NCBI RefSeq assembly: GCF_001194135.2
Contig: NC_069000.1
Location: 36,686,336 to 36,727,778 of the forward strand
Length of the DNA: 41,443 nt
Direction of reading: 5' to 3'
Source of the DNA: Octopus bimaculoides
Taxonomy: Eukaryota
Made by a program: the position numbers and the translations under genes. The first letter of the stretch is position 1, and the number at the start of each line of letters is the position of its first letter. Below the pieces are notes generated by a model. The model saw nothing but the letters and a program-made list of their open reading frames with translations. It had not been told where the DNA came from and made no database searches. Shown here piece after piece: positions 34,809 through 41,443 of this stretch.

Positions 34809-35907
34809 NNNNNNNNNNNNNNNNNNNNNNNNNNNNNNNNNNNNNNNNNNNNNNNNNNNNNNNNNNNNNNNNNNNNNNNNNNNNNNNNNNNNNNNNNNNN
34901 NNNNNNNNNNNNNNNNNNNNNNNNNNNNNNNNNNNNNNNNNNNNNNNNNNNNNNNNNNNNNNNNNNNNNNNNNNNNNNNNNNNNNNNNNNNNNNNNNNNN
35001 NNNNNNNNNNNNNNNNNNNNNNNNNNNNNNNNNNNNNNNNNNNNNNNNNNNNNNNNNNNNNNNNNNNNNNNNNNNNNNNNNNNNNNNNNNNNNNNNNATA
35101 TATATATTATATATATATATATATGTATGCACATATATGTGTGTGTTTGTCCCCTCATTAACACTTGACAACCGATGTTGGCGTGTTATGCCCACATAAC
35201 TTAGAAGTTTAACAAAAGAGATCAATAGAATAAGTACTAGGATTAAAAAAAAAAGTCATTGGGTCAATTTGTTCAACTAAAACTCCTTAAGGCAGTGCTC
35301 CAGCATGGCCACAGTCAATTGACTGAAACAAGTAAAGGAGTAAAAGAGTATCTAAATCAATATTTTAGGAAGATCCACCTGTCAGCTATTTGCAAAAGAG
35401 TAGTGCGCCACCGTGGTGGCTACTCAGGGTTAACAGAAAACACCACAACTAAAAAATGCAAGTTTTTACATCCTGTAAGGCGTTTCTCTTGACTGAAATA
35501 TAAATAACTATAAGAAAGAAGAGAACACTGAAATATAGTATTCATACAACATGATTTATACATAGACATGATAAATTTATGGTTTCATACTTTATTCCAG
35601 AAAACTTTTACAATTTATTTACATGCACAAAAATCATGTTTCTCCCTACAGAAAAAAAAAAAAAAAATCATCTTCAAATATCTTTCAATGAGGGTGTAAT
35701 GGAATTCGTTTTATTATTCCACAAAATATACCTGTAAGATAAGAGTGTGTCTTATGCCAGAATGCATCTTATATGCCAGCAAATACAGTAATAAATATAA
35801 ATTTATTGAACACATATTTTTCAGCTTCCTAAATTAGCAACCATGAAATCTTTACTAAATGAAATGATTTACTTTGTCGTTGGCACAAAACCTTTTCAAA
35901 TGATTAA

Positions 35908-36112
35908 CCTTTTGTTTTTTGATAACACCTGCTGGTTCTATGATAAACATTTGTTGTTTCGATCTAAAAACCTTCCATCTAAATTTTATGTAAATTTAAG
36001 TTCAGAACACCAGCTTGATAGTGACAAAATCATTTCACTAAATTCATCATTTTTGAAATGAACTGAAACAGAGGCATTGTATTGCAACAGAAATTTGATA
36101 ATAAAAAGCAGG
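35908..36112 (-). mobile_element. piggyBac-type MITE
   Basis: TTAA-flanked; internal sequence homologous to the 32223 copy. Confidence 0.75.
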
Positions 36113-37294
36113 TTAAGCTACAATCACAACGTATTGATTTCATTCACCAGCACAATTCATTTCGAAAGGGCATGAGGGTATGTGACATTCACAACTTTCT
36201 CAAGGGCATTTCTTAGTTTCTAGAAAAGTGATTTCAAATTTTGGCACAAGGCCAGCAATTTCAGAGGTAAGTTGAACACATCAACTCCAGTGTTCAACTG
36301 GTACATATTTTACTGACCCACCACCATTGAAAAGATGAAAGGCAAAGTTGACCTTGGCAAAATTTGAACTCGCGATGTAAAGACTGAGAAAAATGCTGTT
36401 AAGCATCTACTATAATACTCCAGTGTTTTTTCCTGTCACAACATATGAATGAGAAAGGAAGGGGTGAAAAAAAAAAATCAAACAGTGTTTCAACACTAAG
36501 TATATGTGTGTGTATGTAAAAAGGAAGGTATGTGAATGTGTGTGTGTGTGCAATGGAAGTGGGATGGTGATATAGTAATACTCTTGTGTTTTTCTCCGTC
36601 ACAACATATGAATGAGAAAGGAAGAGGTGATGGCAAAATGTAAATGTTTATATGTGTGAGGGAAGATTCAATGCTGAAAAGAAAAAATCAAATAGTGTTT
36701 CAACTCAGGGGTGAGTATATGTGTGTTTGTGTGTGTACAAAGGAAGTATGTGAATGTCTGCATGTGTGATCATTATCTTATTTATATACATAAAAGGAGC
36801 TGGCCTAGTGCCGTCAAAAATGATGGCTAATTGTAGTATTCCATATATAAATAAGATCAATAATAATCGAACATACAAATATTTACATACTTCCCTTGTA
36901 CACGCTCTCATATATACTCATACAGAGTTGAAACGCTGTTTGATTTTTCTTTTCAGCTTTTGTCATCACCCCTTATTCATCTATCACCTCTCCCTTTCTC
37001 ATTCATGTGTCGTGACAGAGAAAAACACAAGAGTATTATTATAGTAAATACTACAATTAGCCATCATTTTTGATGGCATGGGGCCAGCTAGTAATAATCA
37101 ATAACTCTTTCTACTATAGGCACACAGCCTGAAACAAATGAACAGAATTGGCGTCAATGACAAATCAAAGCCCTTTTTTAAATTTGTCTCACCAACAGTT
37201 CAGCTCAAGTTTTTTAATGATTGCCTGAAACATAAAGAGAAATTTTAATTGGGGATTTTCAATTGAGAAACATCCAACACTGATTATTAATTAA

Positions 37295-37712
37295 CCCTTT
37301 AGCATTCAGATTACTTGGTTAAATACTATGTTTATTTATTCATATTGTTTTAAATTAATTCTGTATTATCTCATTACTTTGAGATTTCGATGATGTGATT
37401 GTTAATTTTTAGAATAACATTGTAAGAAAGGTGCGAGAAGAGAGATCTGGCCAGTTGGAACATAAAATAGGTAGAATATGTTGGCTGAACGTGGCCAGTT
37501 TCAATGCTAAAATATTCTGTTTGCTTTATGTTCAAACAAACAAGATCCAGCTTCTCACACCTACCCTATAATGTCATTCTAAAAATAAACAATCCTATCT
37601 TTGAAATCTCAAAGCTACGAGATAATGCATGATTAACTCAAAGCAATATGAATAAATAAGGCAAAGTTGACCTTGGCATTACATTTGACAAAATAACCTG
37701 AATGCTAAAGGG
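37295..37712. mobile_element. piggyBac-type foldback MITE with long inverted arms
   Basis: TTAA|CCCTTTAGCATTCAG ... CTGAATGCTAAAGGG|TTAA; arms stay complementary for over 150 bp. Confidence 0.88.
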
Positions 37713-39163
37713 TTAAAGTGTACTGAATGACATTCTAACACTATCCCTTGTAATATTAGAAAATCAAGATTATCAACAAAGAAATAGTAACTTTCTCACT
37801 TTAAAGAAGTATGGCTGCGTGATTGAGAAGCTTGCTTCCCAAATATGTGGTCTTGGAATGTCAATGTGTGACACTTTGGGTAATTTTTTTCTACTATAGC
37901 CTCAGGCAAACCAAAACCTTGTGAGCAAATCTGGTAGATGTAAACCCAAAGAAGCATATCATGTGTGTGTGTGTATGTATGTAGTGTTTGTTTGTGTGTC
38001 CCTTTACCTAGACATCACATGATGGCTGTAAATGAGCATCATCATCATCATCATCATACAAGCAAGGTAATTCGTTTTCAGTCATTCGTGAAAAACATGA
38101 CTGGCCAAGGGGAAGGTATTACGTTGCTTGGAGAAAGGTGATGGATGGTGACATGAAGGGCGTCCAGCCATAGAAAATCTGCTTCCATAAATGCTGTGTC
38201 TGACCCATGTAAGCATAGAAAAGTGGGTGTTAAATGATAATGATATATAATGATGGACTCTCCTGTTGAAGACAACGCATAAACAAATGATTTGTTTATA
38301 GTGATCAAATGTATGTGCTGTTCATATTTCCTAGAGAAATATCCACAGTGCAACACAAAACAGAGCCACTGTTCTAAGGAGACAACTCGTTAACAGCAGA
38401 ATGCAAAATGATAAGGGAAATACTAAATGAGTGGTTCAAAAGCGTTTTCATCCTTCCACTAGGACACAAAGAACCACTCCAGTGAAAGTAAACATTCTAT
38501 GTGTGCATACACATTTGGGTGTTGGGGACACCTGCTGTGTATGTGTATATATGTGTGTACACACACACACTCAAGCATATATACACACACCAACATCATC
38601 ATTTAAGGTCTATTTTCTACATTGGCATGGGTTGGATGGTTTGATAGAAGCTGGTAAACCAGAGGACGACACCAAGTCCCACTGTCTACTTTGGCTGTTT
38701 TTACATACTATATATACATATATATATCATCATCATCATTGTTTAACATCCATTTTCCTTGCAGGCATGTTAGCTGTCCAGATTCCAATTGTCTGTTGTG
38801 GCATGGTTTCTATGGCTGGATGACCTTCCTAATGCCAACCACTTTACAGAGTGTAGTGGGTGCTTTGTATGTGCCACCAGCACGAGAACGCTTACACAGC
38901 ACCAACACAGGTGCATTTTATGTGGCACCAGCACCTGTAAAGTACAAGCCTGTATTCATGTATGATGGCAATTTTACTTAGTTTGATGCATCTTATCAAG
39001 CACAGCAAATTGCCACATCTCTCGGTCCCTTGTCATTTCCTCAGTGAGGTACAGTGTCTGAAGATCCTTTCCACCACTTTGTTCGATGTCTTCCTAGGTC
39101 TACTCCTTCCACAGGTTCCCTCCACAATTAGAGCTTGGCACTTTTTTATGCAGTTGTCCTCAA

Positions 39164-39201
<38 letters not shown>

Positions 39202-39529
39202 TTTAAACAGAAGCTGGCAAGCTACAAGAAAGCAACTTTGGTACGGTTTCTACATGATATATATATATATATATAAACATGAAATAAACCACAATACTTG
39301 GCATTCACTGAAATAGAGAAAATACGGTTCCTCACTCACTAATCTGGTGGTCACTGTGGAAGCTAAGCATAGATGTAAGGCTGGTGATAGCCATTCAAAC
39401 CATGTACAGGTATGCTGTAAGGTGAAAGTTAGCAATGAGTAAAACAATGAATTTAGCGTGCAGGTAAGAGTTCAGGGTTCAGTTATCAGTTCCCTCCTGT
39501 TAATCATAGTCCTCTAGGCCATAACAGAG

Positions 39530-40085
39530 GAATTGGTTGCCTATGGGAACTCCTCTATGCTGATGGCCTTGTTCTTATAGCTGAAAATGTAGTAGAATTA
39601 GAAATAAAATTCCAAGGGCAGAAGCAAAACCTGGACTCAATGGGCCTTGAAATTAATTTAGCAAAAACTAAAGTTCTAGTTAGCAGGGAAACAGACAAGA
39701 TGCTAATCCCTTCAGGCATATGGCCTTGTTCAATATGTAGAAATGGATAGGGATTTCATACAGTGTACTCAGTGCAAACAAGGGGTGCAGTGGAATAACA
39801 GGAAAGTTTACAGAAAAATTGACTTTGTTTATGGCAGATGCACAGGTGCAATAAACACAAAGATCACATGAAAAATAGATTTTCTGGAATGCCCAGGAGG
39901 GTCTCTAGCAGGAGTAGGTAGTTTCTTTTACTTAGGTGACCTAATTAGTAATGGAGGAGGATGCTCTGAAAGTACAGCTGCTGGAATAAAAACTCTGGAG
40001 AAAGTTCAGGGAACTATGGCCTATGTTGGTAACAAAAGGCCTTGCTTTCAGAGTGAAAGGCAGATTGTACGATGCTTGTGTACAA
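39530..40085 (+). mobile_element. Degenerate RTE LINE RT C-terminal fragment
   Basis: WELLYADGLVLIAE..NLAKTKVLVS..WPCSIC..FLYLGDLIS..KGLAFRVKGRLYDACV. Confidence 0.88.
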
Positions 40086-40675
40086 ACACCATCACCATCG
40101 TCTAACATCCAGGCTCCATGCTGGCATGAATTGGACGATTTGACATGGAGCTGGCTAGCAAGGAGCTGTCCAGACTCCAACTCTCTGTTGTGGCATTATT
40201 TCTACGGTTGGATACTCTTCTTAATACCAACCACTAAACAGAGTGTGCTGGGTGCCTTTCCATGTACCACCAGCACAGGTGCATTAACGCAGCACCAACA
40301 CAGGTGCTTTTTAAGTGGCACTGGCACCCGAAAGGACAAGCCATGTATGTGTAATGCTAAATGGTTGTGAAACTTGGGCTGTGAATGCAGAGGACACATG
40401 AAGAGAAAGAGATGAAGCTAGCATGCTCCAGTGGATGTGCAACATCAGAGAGTACGTAAAACAAAGTACAGATGTATTAAGATATATTGTGTCCCCACTA
40501 CTGTCCCTTATGACCTCCTCCTCCCTAACTCGCTCCTATTTCCTTCCTTCACTTCCTTACCCCCTAACACATATTCACTGCATCCACCTCAATTCCTTGC
40601 CAGCAGAGAAAAAAGGAAGTTAAATTATGAGATAATATGTACATAGACATACACACACATGTAAATACATATAAG

Positions 40676-41072
40676 CTTTTACTTGTTTCAGTCATTTGAC
40701 TGTGGCCATGCTGGAGCACCGCCTTTATAGCCGAGCAAATCAACCCCAGAGCTTATTCTTTGTAACCCTAGTACTTATTCCATTGGTCTGTTTTGCTGAA
40801 CAGCTAAGTTACAGGGACGCAAACACACCAGCATCGATTGTCAAGTGATGCTGGGGGGGGGGGGACAAACAGACACACAAACATATATATATATATATAT
40901 ATACATATATGACGAGCTTCTTTCAGTTTCCATCTACCAAATCCACTCACAAGGCTTTGGTCAGCCCAAGGCTATAGTAGAAGACACTTGCTCAAGGTGC
41001 CATGCAGTGGGACTGAACCAGGGACCATGCGGTTGGTAAGCAAGCTACTTACCACACAGCCCCTCCTGCGCC
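40676..41072 (-). repeat. SINE family A, full length
   Basis: Reverse-complement copy ending CACAGCCCCTCCTGCGCC. Confidence 0.88.
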
Positions 41073-41119
41073 TGTGTGTATGTATATAAATATATATACA
41101 TATTTATATACACACATAC

Positions 41120-41410
41120 ACACTCTTGTCAGTTATGACGATGAGGGTTCCAGTTGATCTGATCAACAGAACAGCCTGTTCACGAAATTAACATGCAAGT
41201 GGCTGAGCACTCCACAGACACATGTACCCTTAGTGTATTTCCCAGGGAGATTCAACATGACACAGAATGTGACAAAGCTGGCCCTTTGAATTACAGGTAC
41301 TACTCATTTTTGCTAGCTGAGTGGACTGGAGCAACATGAAATAAAGTGTCTCGCTCAAGGACAACACATCACTGAGAATTGAACACACAACCTTACGACT
41401 GTGAGCTGAA
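41120..41410 (-). repeat. Additional SINE-like repeat
   Basis: Contains AGCTGAGTGGACTGGAGCAAC.TGAAATAAAGTGTCT.GCTCAAGGACA, a conserved SINE central-domain-like motif. Confidence 0.55.
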
Positions 41411-41443
41411 TCCCCTCTCTCTCTATCTATCTATGTGTATATA

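Noticed and set aside
35590-35790. Minus-strand acceptor at 35734 with nearby AATAAA
   Set aside because: The acceptor sits in a pogo/Tigger-like TIR remnant, and no upstream exon survives scrutiny.
35871-35977. Apparent minus-strand exon WKVFRSKQQMFIIEPAGVIKKQKVNHLKRFCANDK
   Set aside because: Lies mostly inside the TTAA-flanked MITE at 35908-36112, homologous to the 32223 copy.

Overview
AT-rich, repeat-dense eukaryotic genomic DNA with six N-gaps. The SINE, RTE and microsatellite landscape looks like octopus/coleoid cephalopod (inference from repeat families). The bacterial-style ORF track is almost entirely spurious here. The main feature is a complete 7-exon minus-strand PABPN1 (nuclear poly(A)-binding protein, PABP2) gene, 18595-28053, 214 aa, assembled by hand with GT-AG junctions and matching phases. 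A 725-nt plus-strand terminal coding exon of an unidentified gene lies at 5262-5986. The rest is RTE LINE fragments, an R4-like retrotransposon 3' end, Helitron Rep and Tigger remnants, mariner- and piggyBac-type MITEs and several SINE families. The most interesting signal is a cluster of candidate regulatory elements in the last two PABPN1 introns and 3' UTR: a stop-containing cassette exon whose 3' splice site is covered by a 15-bp perfect long-range stem; a GTCAGT terminal donor giving a read-through ...YRSV* isoform without the C-terminal PY motif; an A-tract-rich poison exon; tandem stop microexons; an A29 tract between two poly(A) signals; and a possible distal last exon (...REFFSWYFGEESLFNV*). 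Together these suggest a multilayer PABPN1 autoregulatory circuit. All of it is hypothesis from sequence only. Several unexplained hairpin or foldback elements lie in the right third of the window.
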